From contig JBCBZT010000062.1 in the NCBI GenBank assembly GCA_039815185.1, forward strand, positions 1-37,628: a stretch of DNA of 37,628 nucleotides, in the 5' to 3' direction. This DNA is from Cyanobacteria bacterium P01_A01_bin.123. Lineage in GTDB: Bacteria > Cyanobacteriota > Cyanobacteriia > Phormidesmidales > Phormidesmidaceae. Below are positions 10,771 through 21,226 of the stretch, piece by piece. The position numbers and the translations under genes are program-made. The notes under the pieces are model-generated. The model searched no databases, was not told the origin of the DNA, and saw only the letters and a list, made by a program, of their open reading frames with translations. Position 1 is the first letter of the stretch, and the number at the start of each line of letters is the position of its first letter.

Positions 10771-11295
10771 TTAACTCTTGAGCTTACTTTCCAAGGACTT
10801 TAGGTATTCCGTATTGACACCAGATTCGCGGGGCAACGCAATTTTACCCGTGCGGGCAATTTCGCGGAGGCCAAAGCGCCCAAGCACTTGAACGATCGCC
10901 ACCATTTTGCCTGGGTCACCCACCACTTCTAACGTTAGGGAGTCTTCGGCGACATCCACCACCCGTGCCCGGAAAATCTGGGCCAATTCGATCACCTCAG
11001 AGCGAGTACTGCTAGACGCATTCACTTTAAGCAGCATCAGTTCCCGTTCCACACAGGGGGTCTCGGTGATATCCTGCACCTTGAGGACGTTGATCAGTTT
11101 GTAGAGCTGCTTCGTCAACTGTTCAATGGCGCGATCGTCTCCCGGAACCACCATCGTGATTCGGGAAATGCCAACTTGCTCAGCTGGCCCTACGGCTAAG
11201 CTTTCAATGTTAAATCCTCGTCTGGCAAACAGCCCGGCAATTCGGGTCAAAACACCCGCTTCATCTTCCACCAAGACCGACAAAGTATGTTTCAC
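10771..11295 (-). CDS. ilvN: Acetolactate synthase small (regulatory) subunit
   Basis: GTG start, then [32 protein letters not shown]...ERELMLLKV...EIARTG. Confidence 0.96.
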   Translation of the reverse strand: MKHTLSVLVEDEAGVLTRIAGLFARRGFNIESLAVGPAEQVGISRITMVVPGDDRAIEQLTKQLYKLINVLKVQDITETPCVERELMLLKVNASSSTRSEVIELAQIFRARVVDVAEDSLTLEVVGDPGKMVAIVQVLGRFGLREIARTGKIALPRESGVNTEYLKSLESKLKS

Positions 11296-11745
11296 AGCAA
11301 CCAAAGATTCTCGAGAATAAACAGTTAGACGGGAATGCATAGCCAGATGACGCTTAAGGCAAGTCAACAGAGAGATCTGTTGCATAGATGCTTGATCTTA
11401 TCTTGCGCAATAGCCCTTGTTAAGAGGCAAGAGAGGATTTTTGTGGAATCGTAGACAAGTCAGCACAACCACATCTTTTGTGACATTTATTTACTTTTCT
11501 CCGGAGCGCGCGGTTGTTATCATCGATTCCCAAACAATATCGGGAAAAATAGGCTTGAATAATGCTCCACCGCTTTAACATATAAACCCAAGCCCGACCA
11601 TATCCAGATCCCCACATCCAAATCCATGGCTTTTCACTTACAGGGACGTTAGCGTAGCCATCCCAGAGAGCGATGGGCACTCACCCTGACTCAAGTCTTC
11701 AGATCGGATGTGGGTTAGCCACGCTAAACCATAAGCTGCTCTTTT

Positions 11746-14715
11746 ATGACCACAAGCCGTTTCTCTTCGACCCAACCTAACGGGGCACAGCGCTTGATGC
11801 AGGTCTTTAACCTGCGCTCTGGAGAAGGCGATCGCACCCTGTTGATGTTTGTCTTTTATACGGCAATGTCGATGGGCATTCTCTGGCTTGAAGTGAGTTC
11901 AGCAGCTTTGTTTCTAGATCAGTACGGGGCTCAGTCTTTACCGTTTATCTATATCTTTAGTGCTGGAATTGGGTTTGGCCTGAGCTTTGTCTACTCCTGG
12001 CTGCAACGGTTGATGCCGCTGCGATGGGTGATTGTCGTGATTGCCTTGCTCATGGCCGCACCGCTACTGATGTTTCGATTTGGTCTGGCTTTACCGATCA
12101 CGGCAGCCGCAACGGTATTTGTCATGCGGCTGTGGGTAGAAGCAATTTATGGCCTCAACGATTTGAATGTGTCGGTCACGGCTAACCAACTGTTTAACAT
12201 TCGAGAGATTAAGCGCACCTACCCAATCATTAGCAGCGGCAACCTGGTAGCCGACGTGCTCAGCGGCTTTTCGGTCTATTTACTGCTAGAGCTTTTGGGG
12301 TTGCCTAATGTGATGGTGTTGGCCTGCTTGATCATGGTGTTTGGCGCAGGGGTGTTGTTCTATATCAGTACCCAATATGAGCATGCCTTTCCCGATGCGG
12401 TGAAGCGTAGCGAAGACAGTATTTCTCAACATTCGACTCAACGCTTACGAGGATCAATGCGGCAATACGTGGTGTTGCTATTTAGCTTCTTTGTGCTGGC
12501 TCAAATTGTCATGTATCTGGTGGAGTTTCAATATCTTGACCAGCTCCATCAGACCCTAGATGCTGAGGGCATTGCAGGATTTTTGGGGATTTTTAGCGGG
12601 GTGCTGGGGCTGATCGAACTGGTGACCCAATGGTTTACCTCCAGTCGTCTGATTGAACGGGCAGGGGTATTCACCGTCACGATGTTGCTGCCAGTGCTGA
12701 TCATGAGTGTGAGCGCGATGTCACTGGTGGTGAGTTTGCCAGCTATTTTGGGTGCCGCTAGCTTATTTGGTGGGTTGATTGCGGTTAAATTTATAGACGA
12801 GTGGCTACGCTATACCCTGGTAGCGAGTACGCGTCCAGTGCTGTTTCAGCCCATTCCAGATTTGAGTCGGGGGCAAATCCAGTCGTTGGTGGGCGGCATT
12901 GCTGAGCCGCTTTCTATGGGTTTCACAGGCATTGGCATTTTGGCCACGATTTGGCTTTGCCAATTGCTGGGATTCTCGACATCGCAGCAAAGCCAGTTGT
13001 TTCTCGTCGGGGTTTTGATAGCTTCAGCGGTATGGGTAGTGAATATTTACCTGCTGCGATCGCACTATTTAAATCTGCTGGTCGTGAGCGCAGAAAGGGG
13101 ATTACTAAGTTTCTCTGATGCCAATTTACGGGTTTTGAAGAAGGCGTTTATTGATCAGCTTAAAGAAGGCCGAGAAGAGGACAAACGCTCATGTATTGAG
13201 CTGCTGAGTCATATTGATCCCAAAGGCGTCGGGGAAGTGTTGGCCCCTTTATTACCCCAACTCAGCTCGCCCCTGCAGCGCCAAAGCCTAGAAGCTATGT
13301 TGGAATACCCCAACTCAGACTATCTAGAGGCGGTGCGACAACTGACCCAATCTGCCCATCCGCCTGAGGTGTTGGCCCGTGCCCTACGCTATGTCTGGAT
13401 TGCCGAAGAAAGTCCAGATATCCAGGCACTCAAAGCCTATTTGAAACCTGAAATTGACCCTGTGGTGCGGGGTACAGCAGCATCATTGATGTTGAAATAC
13501 GGCAGTGCCCAGCAACGCGCCGAAGCCACCAATACACTGCGGCAAATGCTAACCCATGAGCGCGAACGCGAACGGGTAATGGGGTGCCGGGCATTGGGAG
13601 AGGCGCGCTACATGCAGGCCCTACGCCTTTACATTCCAGACTTATTGCAGGATGAATCCCTCAGGGTGCGACGGGCGCTCTTGGATGCGATCGCAGCGAC
13701 CCATCTCGAAGAATATTATCCATCGCTACTGCGGGGGCTTCAGTATAAGTCTACTCGGGATGCTGCGATTCAAGCCCTGACGCGTCTCGGTAACGAGGCG
13801 CTGCCGCTGTTGATTGATCTCGCCGAAGATGTTTACCAACCTGATTTGCTCAGAAGTCAAGCCTGGCAGGTTATTGGCCAAATCGGTACTCCGGAAGCCC
13901 TAGATGTCTTGATCGCCAATTTACTCACGTCTTGGGGAGACACCCGCCACAGCATTTTGCGGATTCTCATGCGCCTCTCCCAAGAAATCGGACTGAAGCG
14001 GGCTGCTGGCATTGATGCGGCACTGGATCGCCTGGGTCGACCAGGGATTGAACGCTTACTGAATCAAGAGCTCACCTTCCTGGGACAACTCTATGCAGCT
14101 TTAGTCGATTTAGACAAAACCCAGGTTACCGGCAGAGCAGCCGAACTGTTGCGCAATGCCCTCAAAGACATGGTAGCCGACACCATTAATCGCCTGTTTG
14201 TCCTGATGCGATTTTTATATCCCGTTGGAGCAATTCAGGCTGCTCAGGTATCCTTTCAAGGATCAGCCTCAATACAGGCTCGGGGATTAGAAATTTTAGA
14301 CAATACCCTGGATATTCCGAATAAACGAGCGTTGCTCAGTGTGTTGGATGGCCGTAATACGCTCGAAAAGATTCACAGCTTAGAGGGGTTGATTCACTAT
14401 CGACCCATGCCCCCCAGCGATCGCCTCCGATATTTGCTTGATCTCCGCTATTTCATGTCAGATTGGAGCCTAGCCTGCTGTTTTCACCTAGCGCGGCAGC
14501 AGCAGTGGAGTATCACCACGGAACAAACAGTGGCGTGTTTACGCCATCCCTCCAGCTTTTTGCGTGAGGCAGTGCTGTCTTATTTAGCCATGGCATCTCC
14601 CCGAGCCCTGCGCAAACTTTTGCCTGCCATGCGTCATGATCCCAATCCGCTAGTGGCAGCCCAAGTTGATCACCTGATAGAAAACTTGGGGGTGCAATCC
14701 GCCACGTCCTCTTAG
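11746..14715 (+). CDS. MFS/TLC(Npt)-like membrane domain fused to HEAT repeats
   Basis: About 12 hydrophobic segments in the first ~440 aa (FNIREIKRTYP loop), followed by helical HEAT-like repeats (LLQDESLRVRRAL, HPSSFLREAVL, DPNPLVAA). Confidence 0.8.
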   Translation: MTTSRFSSTQPNGAQRLMQVFNLRSGEGDRTLLMFVFYTAMSMGILWLEVSSAALFLDQYGAQSLPFIYIFSAGIGFGLSFVYSWLQRLMPLRWVIVVIALLMAAPLLMFRFGLALPITAAATVFVMRLWVEAIYGLNDLNVSVTANQLFNIREIKRTYPIISSGNLVADVLSGFSVYLLLELLGLPNVMVLACLIMVFGAGVLFYISTQYEHAFPDAVKRSEDSISQHSTQRLRGSMRQYVVLLFSFFVLAQIVMYLVEFQYLDQLHQTLDAEGIAGFLGIFSGVLGLIELVTQWFTSSRLIERAGVFTVTMLLPVLIMSVSAMSLVVSLPAILGAASLFGGLIAVKFIDEWLRYTLVASTRPVLFQPIPDLSRGQIQSLVGGIAEPLSMGFTGIGILATIWLCQLLGFSTSQQSQLFLVGVLIASAVWVVNIYLLRSHYLNLLVVSAERGLLSFSDANLRVLKKAFIDQLKEGREEDKRSCIELLSHIDPKGVGEVLAPLLPQLSSPLQRQSLEAMLEYPNSDYLEAVRQLTQSAHPPEVLARALRYVWIAEESPDIQALKAYLKPEIDPVVRGTAASLMLKYGSAQQRAEATNTLRQMLTHERERERVMGCRALGEARYMQALRLYIPDLLQDESLRVRRALLDAIAATHLEEYYPSLLRGLQYKSTRDAAIQALTRLGNEALPLLIDLAEDVYQPDLLRSQAWQVIGQIGTPEALDVLIANLLTSWGDTRHSILRILMRLSQEIGLKRAAGIDAALDRLGRPGIERLLNQELTFLGQLYAALVDLDKTQVTGRAAELLRNALKDMVADTINRLFVLMRFLYPVGAIQAAQVSFQGSASIQARGLEILDNTLDIPNKRALLSVLDGRNTLEKIHSLEGLIHYRPMPPSDRLRYLLDLRYFMSDWSLACCFHLARQQQWSITTEQTVACLRHPSSFLREAVLSYLAMASPRALRKLLPAMRHDPNPLVAAQVDHLIENLGVQSATSS

Positions 14716-14722
14716 CCCCACG

Positions 14723-14773
14723 CCTGCTTTCCCGAGCAGGGCACTAAATGGGTCTCGCCAAGGCAAGACCCAT
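14723..14773. terminator. Two hairpins between convergent genes
   Basis: CCTGCT-N6-AGCAGG (14723-14740) and ATGGGTCTCGCC-AA-GGCAAGACCCAT (14748-14773). Confidence 0.5.
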
Positions 14774-14799
14774 GCAATAATCTTCAGGCTGACAAATCA

Positions 14800-15669
14800 C
14801 TAAGCATCTGCCTTACGGGCAGTCTTATTGACAGGGAGCATTTTGACCTGAGTGGCCATCCCCAACTTTTTCATAGCTTTGATTGTCAACCAAGTAACAT
14901 CAATCTCCCACCAGCGGCAACCAGTTTGAGCCGATTGGGGAAAAGCGTGGTGGTTATTGTGCCAGCCTTCACCATAAGTCAACAGCGCCACCCACCAGAG
15001 ATTACGAGAATCATCTTCAGACGAAAAGGTACGATATCCCCACTTGTGCGTGGCGGAGTTAACAAACCAGGTCGAGTGCCACAAGAACACTGCCCGCACA
15101 AAAATGCCATAGAGTACAAACGACCAACCGCCAGCAACATAGAGCAAACATGCTAGTGGCACTTGCAGTATTAGAAAGTTACGATCAAGCCAGCGGTAAT
15201 AAGGCTGTTTTCCTAAATCGGCCGCGTACTTACCATAATGCTCTGGATCAAAGGCAGCCGGTTCAGGACGTAAAATCCACATAATGTGACTCCACCAAAA
15301 TCCTCGATCTGCGGAGTAGGGATCTTTGTCGTAATCTTCTGTGTGGATGTGATGCTGGCGATGGCCGCTGACCCAAAAAATAGGCCCCCCCTGGATGGCC
15401 AAAGCCCCCATCAAGGCAATTATATATTCTACCCATTTAGGCGCATGAAAGCTTCGGTGGCTAAGCATCCGGTGGTATCCCAGACAGATGCCGATGCCCC
15501 CAAAGAGCCAGTGGAGTAAGATGGCCACGCCGATAGCCGACCAAGAAAAGAACCAGGGTGCGACAAACAGGGCAAGTGCATGAAACGAGGCAAAGAACAA
15601 AACGTTTATCCAGTTTAGGGCTGGCCAACTAGCCCGGGGAGGATCGCGCCTAACGGCAGAGGTAGCCAT
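14800..15669 (-). CDS. Delta-9 acyl-lipid/acyl-CoA fatty acid desaturase (DesC-like)
   Basis: His boxes HRMLSH, HRQHH and HNNHH; GFWWSH; GEGWHNNHHAFP. Confidence 0.93.
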   Translation of the reverse strand: MATSAVRRDPPRASWPALNWINVLFFASFHALALFVAPWFFSWSAIGVAILLHWLFGGIGICLGYHRMLSHRSFHAPKWVEYIIALMGALAIQGGPIFWVSGHRQHHIHTEDYDKDPYSADRGFWWSHIMWILRPEPAAFDPEHYGKYAADLGKQPYYRWLDRNFLILQVPLACLLYVAGGWSFVLYGIFVRAVFLWHSTWFVNSATHKWGYRTFSSEDDSRNLWWVALLTYGEGWHNNHHAFPQSAQTGCRWWEIDVTWLTIKAMKKLGMATQVKMLPVNKTARKADA

Positions 15670-15706
15670 ATAACTCTATTTCCTTTTGTGAACTGTTACA
15701 GTATGG

Positions 15707-15773
15707 ATGCAAGTGATGCTTTCATTTGCAATCCTAACAAAACTTTTTGATTTTGTGCAAGTAACACTTGCAT
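15707..15773. promoter_or_regulatory. Two related palindromic operators in the desaturase/TetR divergent promoter
   Basis: TGCAAGT-AAC-ACTTGCA (15756-15772, perfect) and ATGCAAGT-GAT-GCTTTCAT (15707-15725, degenerate). Confidence 0.7.
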
Positions 15774-15779
15774 TATCCT

Positions 15780-17042
15780 ATGCCTGCTTCTCCCACAACT
15801 CGTCAAAAGCTGATTCAAGCTGCATTAGAACTGTTTGTCTCCCAGGGGGTGAGCAATACCACCACACGTCAAATTGCCAATCTGGCAGCAGTTAATGAGG
15901 TTACTTTGTTTCGCCACTTTGGCAATAAGTATGGTTTGTTGCTAGCGGTGCTGGAAGAGTCGACAGCCTTTACAGGCCTCGGAGAAACGCTGGTGCAGCA
16001 ACTCAATTTTTCGGGGGATATGACCCAAGCCCTGAAAGATTATGCTAGTGCTTACTTACATGCATTACAGCAGGTGGCCCCGTTGGTACGCTCTGTGATT
16101 GGTGAAGCCGATCAATATCCGCCAGAAAATCGGCAGGCTTTAGGGCAGGGGTTAACCCAGGCAAATCGGCATGTCGCAGAGTATTTTGCTACTGTTATCC
16201 AACGCGGGCACTTGAATACGCTGTTGCCACCACACAAGCTGGCTAGCATGCTGAATGGCATGTTGCTGGGCTACGCCACCATTGAATTTACCACCGAATT
16301 CCACGAACTTTGGGAAAGCGAGGCTGACTTTCTAGAACATGTCAGACTGCTGTTTTTACAAGGGGCGATCGCCCACTCGACCACTCCCACCTTTGAACCC
16401 TCTAACGGAACAACAGCAGATTTTTCGCTGCAATTAACGTCTTCCCCTGCGATTGCACCGGAAGTACTTGATCTGCCTGAATCCTTAGTACACGAAATTT
16501 TGCAGCAGGCCCGCAAAGGGACGCCACAAGACTACGCCATTGCCTATGTGCTATTCGGTGCTGGGTTAACGGCTGTGGAACTGCTGAACCTAGAACGTGT
16601 CCATCAAATCTGTGACAGTAATCAACACCTTTTGCAGGTGACTACTTATCAGGGGATACGCCAAGTGCCTGTTAACCAGTGGATCTTTGGCAAACGCTAC
16701 GGCTCTTATACCAACAACCCCCTAACCCGATGGATCAAAAGTCGTAAGGATGGCAGTATGGCCATGTTTTTAGGCGATGGTGAGGAACCGTTAACCGCCG
16801 ATGAGCTGCAACAGCGATGGCAAGGTTGGGGATCAGGATTAGTCACACCGCAAAGCAATCCCCCAGAACTCATGCAAGCCCAGCACACTTGGCGTGTGGA
16901 GATGCTCATGCGGGGCATGAGTTTAGAGAATCTCAGTATTTTGACGGGGCGATCGCTAGAAGCACTCCAACCCTACGCTGAACGGGCTAAGCAAAAAGCA
17001 GCTTTAGAACAAGCAACCCAATTGGATCGAAAGCCAGGATAA
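15780..17042 (+). CDS. TetR-family regulator fused to a degenerate tyrosine-recombinase-like C-terminal domain
   Basis: N-terminal TetR HTH (TTTRQIANLAAVNEVTLFRHFGNK); C-terminal QDYAIAYVLFGAGLTAVELLNL and HTWRVEMLMRGMSLENLSILTG...PY resemble integrase boxes I and II. Confidence 0.85.
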   Translation: MPASPTTRQKLIQAALELFVSQGVSNTTTRQIANLAAVNEVTLFRHFGNKYGLLLAVLEESTAFTGLGETLVQQLNFSGDMTQALKDYASAYLHALQQVAPLVRSVIGEADQYPPENRQALGQGLTQANRHVAEYFATVIQRGHLNTLLPPHKLASMLNGMLLGYATIEFTTEFHELWESEADFLEHVRLLFLQGAIAHSTTPTFEPSNGTTADFSLQLTSSPAIAPEVLDLPESLVHEILQQARKGTPQDYAIAYVLFGAGLTAVELLNLERVHQICDSNQHLLQVTTYQGIRQVPVNQWIFGKRYGSYTNNPLTRWIKSRKDGSMAMFLGDGEEPLTADELQQRWQGWGSGLVTPQSNPPELMQAQHTWRVEMLMRGMSLENLSILTGRSLEALQPYAERAKQKAALEQATQLDRKPG

Positions 17043-17049
17043 GGATACG

Positions 17050-18963
17050 TTACTTATAACTACGCTGGGTCAACTGTACATGCTCAAATTGGAGATCTTC
17101 TTTATGGAGCTGGGGCAGTCTTTCCGCGCCTCCATACTGCCAAGCCGCCACGTAGGCAAAATTCTGATCATCTCGCTTGGCTTCACCATCAGAAGTCTGA
17201 TACTCTTCCCGAAAATGTCCCCCACAAGACTCTTCTCGGTGCAGGGCGTCCCGCGCCATCAGCCCCGCTAACTCTATAAAGTCTGCAACCCGTCCGGCGA
17301 ACTCTAGGTTTTTGTTGAGCGTGTTGGCAGTGCCGGGGACGTTTAGGTTCTGCCAAAATTCTTCCCGCAGGTCTTGAATCCGGGCGATCGCGGCCTCTAA
17401 TCCCTCGCGATTGCGGGCCATACCCACGTGATCCCACACGAGCCGTCCCAGTTCTCGGTGGAAGGTCATCACCGTTTTGCCACCCTGGATAGAGAGAAGG
17501 CGCGTGATGCGATCGCGGGCGTTGGTTTCTGCCTCAGCAAAGGCAGGATGACCCGTATCCACTGCTGGCAATTCTGTTCTGGCAATGTAATCCCCCAGGG
17601 TATAGGGAATGATGAAATACCCATCTGCTAACCCCTGCATCAGGGCACTGGCTCCTAAACGGTTTGAACCATGGTCAGAGAAATTGGCTTCCCCCAGAAC
17701 GAACAGACCGGGCAGCGTACTCATCAACTGGTAGTCCACCCAAAGACCACCCATGGTGTAATGAACAGCGGGGTAAATTCGCATGGGGACCACGTAGGGA
17801 TCTTCCCCTGTGATCCGCTGGTACATGTCAAACAGGTTGCCGTATTTGGCTGCGATCGCGTCCTGGCCTTGGGCTGCGATCGCGTCCCGAAAGTCCAGAT
17901 ACACCGACAGCCCTGTTTCCCCGACGCCTCGCCCCTCATCGGTCATGTGTTTAGCATTGCGAGAGGCGACATCGCGGGGCACCAAGTTGCCAAAGCTAGG
18001 ATATCTACGTTCGAGATAATAGTCGCGATCGCACTCTGGGATTTCACCGGGCGATCGCCGATCATCAAGCTGCTTAGGCACCCACACCCGCCCATCATTG
18101 CGCAATCCTTCGCTCATCAGCGTCAGCTTCGACTGATAAGCCCCCGACACTGGAATGCAGGTGGGATGAATCTGGGTGTAGCAGGGGTTAGCAAATGCTG
18201 CCCCGCGTTTGTAACAGCGCCATGCCGCCGTCACATTAGAATTTTTGGCATTGGTCGACAAATAAAACACATTGCCATAGCCCCCCGTACACAACAGCAC
18301 CCCATCGCCGGCATAGCGTTCTAACTCACCATTTACCAAATTACGAACGATGATGCCCCGCGCCTGCCCATCAATGGTGACCAAATCTAACAGTTCACGT
18401 CGAGACAATACCTCGATATGGCCTGCCGCTACCTGGCGCATCATTGCACTGTAGGCTCCTAGCAAAAGCTGCTGTCCCGTTTGCCCCCGCGCATAAAACG
18501 TGCGTGATACCTGCGCCCCCCCAAAAGATCGGTTGGCTAACAACCCGCCATATTCCCGGGCAAAGGGCACCCCCTGGGCCACACACTGGTCAATAATTTG
18601 ATTGCTAATTTGAGCCAACCGATAGACATTGGCCTCGCGGGATCGATAGTCGCCCCCCTTAATCGTGTCGTAAAATAATCGCCACACTGTATCGCCGTCG
18701 TTGGGATAATTCTTTGTGGCATTAATCCCACCTTGGGCGGCAATACTGTGGGCTCGACGGGGCGAATCTTGAATACAAAAGCTCTTAACGTGGTAGCCCA
18801 AGTCAGCCAGGGTCGCGGCAGCTGATGCCCCGGCCAATCCAGTTCCTACGATTAAAATGGTGTGCTTGCGTTTGTTGTTGGGGCTAACCAGTTGGCAGTG
18901 ATCTTTGAAGTTATCCCATTTGTCGGCCAAAGGCCCCTCGGGAGTCCGCGCATCCAAATTCAT
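17050..18963 (-). CDS. sdhA: Succinate dehydrogenase/fumarate reductase flavoprotein subunit
   Basis: [17 protein letters not shown] (covalent FAD His), [29 protein letters not shown]. Confidence 0.95.
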   Translation of the reverse strand: MNLDARTPEGPLADKWDNFKDHCQLVSPNNKRKHTILIVGTGLAGASAAATLADLGYHVKSFCIQDSPRRAHSIAAQGGINATKNYPNDGDTVWRLFYDTIKGGDYRSREANVYRLAQISNQIIDQCVAQGVPFAREYGGLLANRSFGGAQVSRTFYARGQTGQQLLLGAYSAMMRQVAAGHIEVLSRRELLDLVTIDGQARGIIVRNLVNGELERYAGDGVLLCTGGYGNVFYLSTNAKNSNVTAAWRCYKRGAAFANPCYTQIHPTCIPVSGAYQSKLTLMSEGLRNDGRVWVPKQLDDRRSPGEIPECDRDYYLERRYPSFGNLVPRDVASRNAKHMTDEGRGVGETGLSVYLDFRDAIAAQGQDAIAAKYGNLFDMYQRITGEDPYVVPMRIYPAVHYTMGGLWVDYQLMSTLPGLFVLGEANFSDHGSNRLGASALMQGLADGYFIIPYTLGDYIARTELPAVDTGHPAFAEAETNARDRITRLLSIQGGKTVMTFHRELGRLVWDHVGMARNREGLEAAIARIQDLREEFWQNLNVPGTANTLNKNLEFAGRVADFIELAGLMARDALHREESCGGHFREEYQTSDGEAKRDDQNFAYVAAWQYGGAERLPQLHKEDLQFEHVQLTQRSYK

Positions 18964-19674
18964 TTAGCCAACCCACCCGCCATAAATCGCCAACGGCAAA
19001 ATCACAAATCCCACCGCAATCAACACCGCCAATAGAGAACCCAGACCGTAGACAACGGGCTTCAATCCCCGACTCATTGCCCCAAGCGACTGCAACGCAC
19101 TCCAGATACCGTGACGCAGATGAAATCCCAGCATCACCGTTACCGCAGCATACCCAAAAGCGTAGAGCGGATTTTTAAAGGTTTCAATCACCAAACGAGA
19201 AAAATCGCGGCTTTCAACCCCCGCGATCGCGGTTGAGTAAACCACCCCAAATTTGAATGTCAGCAGATGACTCACCAAAAACACGGCCAGTACGCTACCC
19301 GTAACAATCATCGTGCGTGAACTGATCGACTGGTGGCTGGGTGCCCCAGCAGACTGGTAAGCCCTATAACCAATGGGACGAGCCTGACGTTTCGCCCAGA
19401 AAATTTGGATCCCCACCGTTGCGTGAAACAAACCCGATATCAGCAATACAGCCTCAATCGTATAAAACACTGGCCATACTTGTTCGAGGCGATAGGCATA
19501 AGTATTGTAGGCATCACGCCCGACAAACAGCAGCAAATTGCCCAACATATGTGCCAACACAAACGTAGCCAAAGCCAGCCCCGTAATCCCGGTGATCAAC
19601 TTTTTCCCAATCGGAGATCGGTAAATTCTCAACAGCTGTGCAGGGATTGATGTCCATGAAGAGGCACTGTCCAT
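18964..19674 (-). CDS. sdhC: Succinate dehydrogenase cytochrome b558 subunit
   Basis: SPIGKKLITGITG, HMLGN, five TM segments with heme-ligand His residues, HLRHGIWSALQSLG; stop abuts the sdhA start. Confidence 0.9.
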   Translation of the reverse strand: MDSASSWTSIPAQLLRIYRSPIGKKLITGITGLALATFVLAHMLGNLLLFVGRDAYNTYAYRLEQVWPVFYTIEAVLLISGLFHATVGIQIFWAKRQARPIGYRAYQSAGAPSHQSISSRTMIVTGSVLAVFLVSHLLTFKFGVVYSTAIAGVESRDFSRLVIETFKNPLYAFGYAAVTVMLGFHLRHGIWSALQSLGAMSRGLKPVVYGLGSLLAVLIAVGFVILPLAIYGGWVG

Positions 19675-19854
19675 TAATCAAAGATGATGGGTTATTGCAA
19701 TATGAGCTGACTCCATCCTAATCGGCGCATTCAGCATTAGGGCATTCCCTAAAGGAAATAAACTACATCCGATTAGCTCAGGGAAAAGCGCTTGAGCTTT
19801 TAGCCCAAGAGAGCTAAGGATCGGGATAGAACTAAAATTCATCAACCACGAAAC

Positions 19855-19868
19855 GTAGCGTGTGCTAC
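19855..19868. promoter_or_regulatory. Candidate NtcA site between divergent sdhC and fbp
   Basis: GTA-GCGTGTGC-TAC (GTA-N8-TAC) within the palindrome CGTAGC-GTGT-GCTACG; no canonical -10 seen 22 nt away. Confidence 0.45.
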
Positions 19869-20028
19869 GGATGCAACTTAGTCTGCCAGCAGCCCCTCAA
19901 GATTTCTATAGTTGATCTAAAGGATAGTCTCCATCTCCAGAAGCCTTCTTAAGATGTGAGCAAAGGCATCAAAAATAGCGCTCTGCCTTGCAGTTAAGCC
20001 TGAGATTCAGGGAATAGGAGAATTCACA

Positions 20029-21087
20029 ATGGATAGCTACCAGCCTGCTCAGGAGTACGCTTTAGATCGAGACTCCACGACGCTCTCACGTCATGTCTTG
20101 CAGCAGCTTCAGAGTTTTGGCCCTGAGGCCCAAGACATCAGCGCATTGATGAATCGCATTGCCCTGGCAGGCAAGCTAATCGCCCGACGCCTGACCCGCG
20201 CAGGGTTGGTAGAAGATGCTCTCGGCTTCACAGGGCGCACCAATGTTCAGGGTGAGTCCGTCAAAAAGATGGATGTCTACGCCAACGACGTGTTTATTTC
20301 GGTCTTTAAGCAAAGCGGTCTGGTGTGCCGCTTAGCCTCTGAAGAAATGGAAGATCCTTATTACATCCCAGAGAATTGCCCCATTGGTCGCTATACCCTG
20401 CTCTATGACCCCATTGACGGGTCTTCTAATGTAGATATCAACCTTAACGTCGGCTCAATTTTTGCGATTCGCCAACAAACGGGTGATGACCTCGATCAAA
20501 CCGGCCAAGATCTCTTACAAAATGGACGGGATCAACAATTGGCCGCAGGCTATATTCTCTATGGGCCCAGTACGATCCTGGTCTACTCCATTGGGCGTGG
20601 GGTTCATGCCTTTACCCTCGATCCTAGCCTGGGTGAATTCATTCTTGCGTCAGAAAATATCCAGGTACCCACCCACGGCCCTAACTACAGTGTCAATGAG
20701 GGTAACTTTTGGCAATGGGACGACTCTATCCGTGACTTCATTCGCTACGTCCACAGGCATGAAGGCTATTCTGCCCGCTACAGTGGCGCATTAGTCGGCG
20801 ACTTCCATCGAATCTTGATGCAGGGTGGGGTCTTTCTATACCCCGGTACGGTGAAAAATCCCAACGGGAAATTGAGATTGCTGTATGAGTCGGCACCCCT
20901 GGCCTATTTGATTGAGCAAGCCGGCGGGCAAGCCAGTACAGGCACCCAACCGATTCTGGACGTGGTGCCGGACAAACTCCATTACCGGACTCCCCTCGTG
21001 ATTGGCAGTTCCGAAGACGTCGCTTTGGTTGAATCCTTTATTAGCGAGCGCCTTCGAGAGGCTGAAGTACTGACTTCCTCTAGCTAG
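20029..21087 (+). CDS. fbp: Class 1 fructose-1,6-bisphosphatase
   Basis: [40 protein letters not shown]. Confidence 0.97.
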   Translation: MDSYQPAQEYALDRDSTTLSRHVLQQLQSFGPEAQDISALMNRIALAGKLIARRLTRAGLVEDALGFTGRTNVQGESVKKMDVYANDVFISVFKQSGLVCRLASEEMEDPYYIPENCPIGRYTLLYDPIDGSSNVDINLNVGSIFAIRQQTGDDLDQTGQDLLQNGRDQQLAAGYILYGPSTILVYSIGRGVHAFTLDPSLGEFILASENIQVPTHGPNYSVNEGNFWQWDDSIRDFIRYVHRHEGYSARYSGALVGDFHRILMQGGVFLYPGTVKNPNGKLRLLYESAPLAYLIEQAGGQASTGTQPILDVVPDKLHYRTPLVIGSSEDVALVESFISERLREAEVLTSSS

Positions 21088-21226
21088 TTATCATCCATTC
21101 TTCCCAACCGGGATCATCATGGTAAAGCGTCTTTTTTGAGCGCTCAATGGTTAATTTTCCCAGCCTATCTTTGACACCCCGTTTGCCAGTTGGTATTGCC
21201 CTACCTATCTCTAAATTGGTCTGACT

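Noticed and set aside
11420..11680. 86-aa minus-strand ORF in the ilvN upstream region
   Set aside because: No motif, atypical composition, and it lies in a divergent promoter region
15780..17042. Integrase marking a prophage or island
   Set aside because: Catalytic Arg/His residues are substituted, flanks are housekeeping genes, and no att repeats or tRNA are present
17080..19650. Multiple plus-strand ORFs up to 217 aa over sdhA and sdhC
   Set aside because: Antisense shadows of well-supported genes
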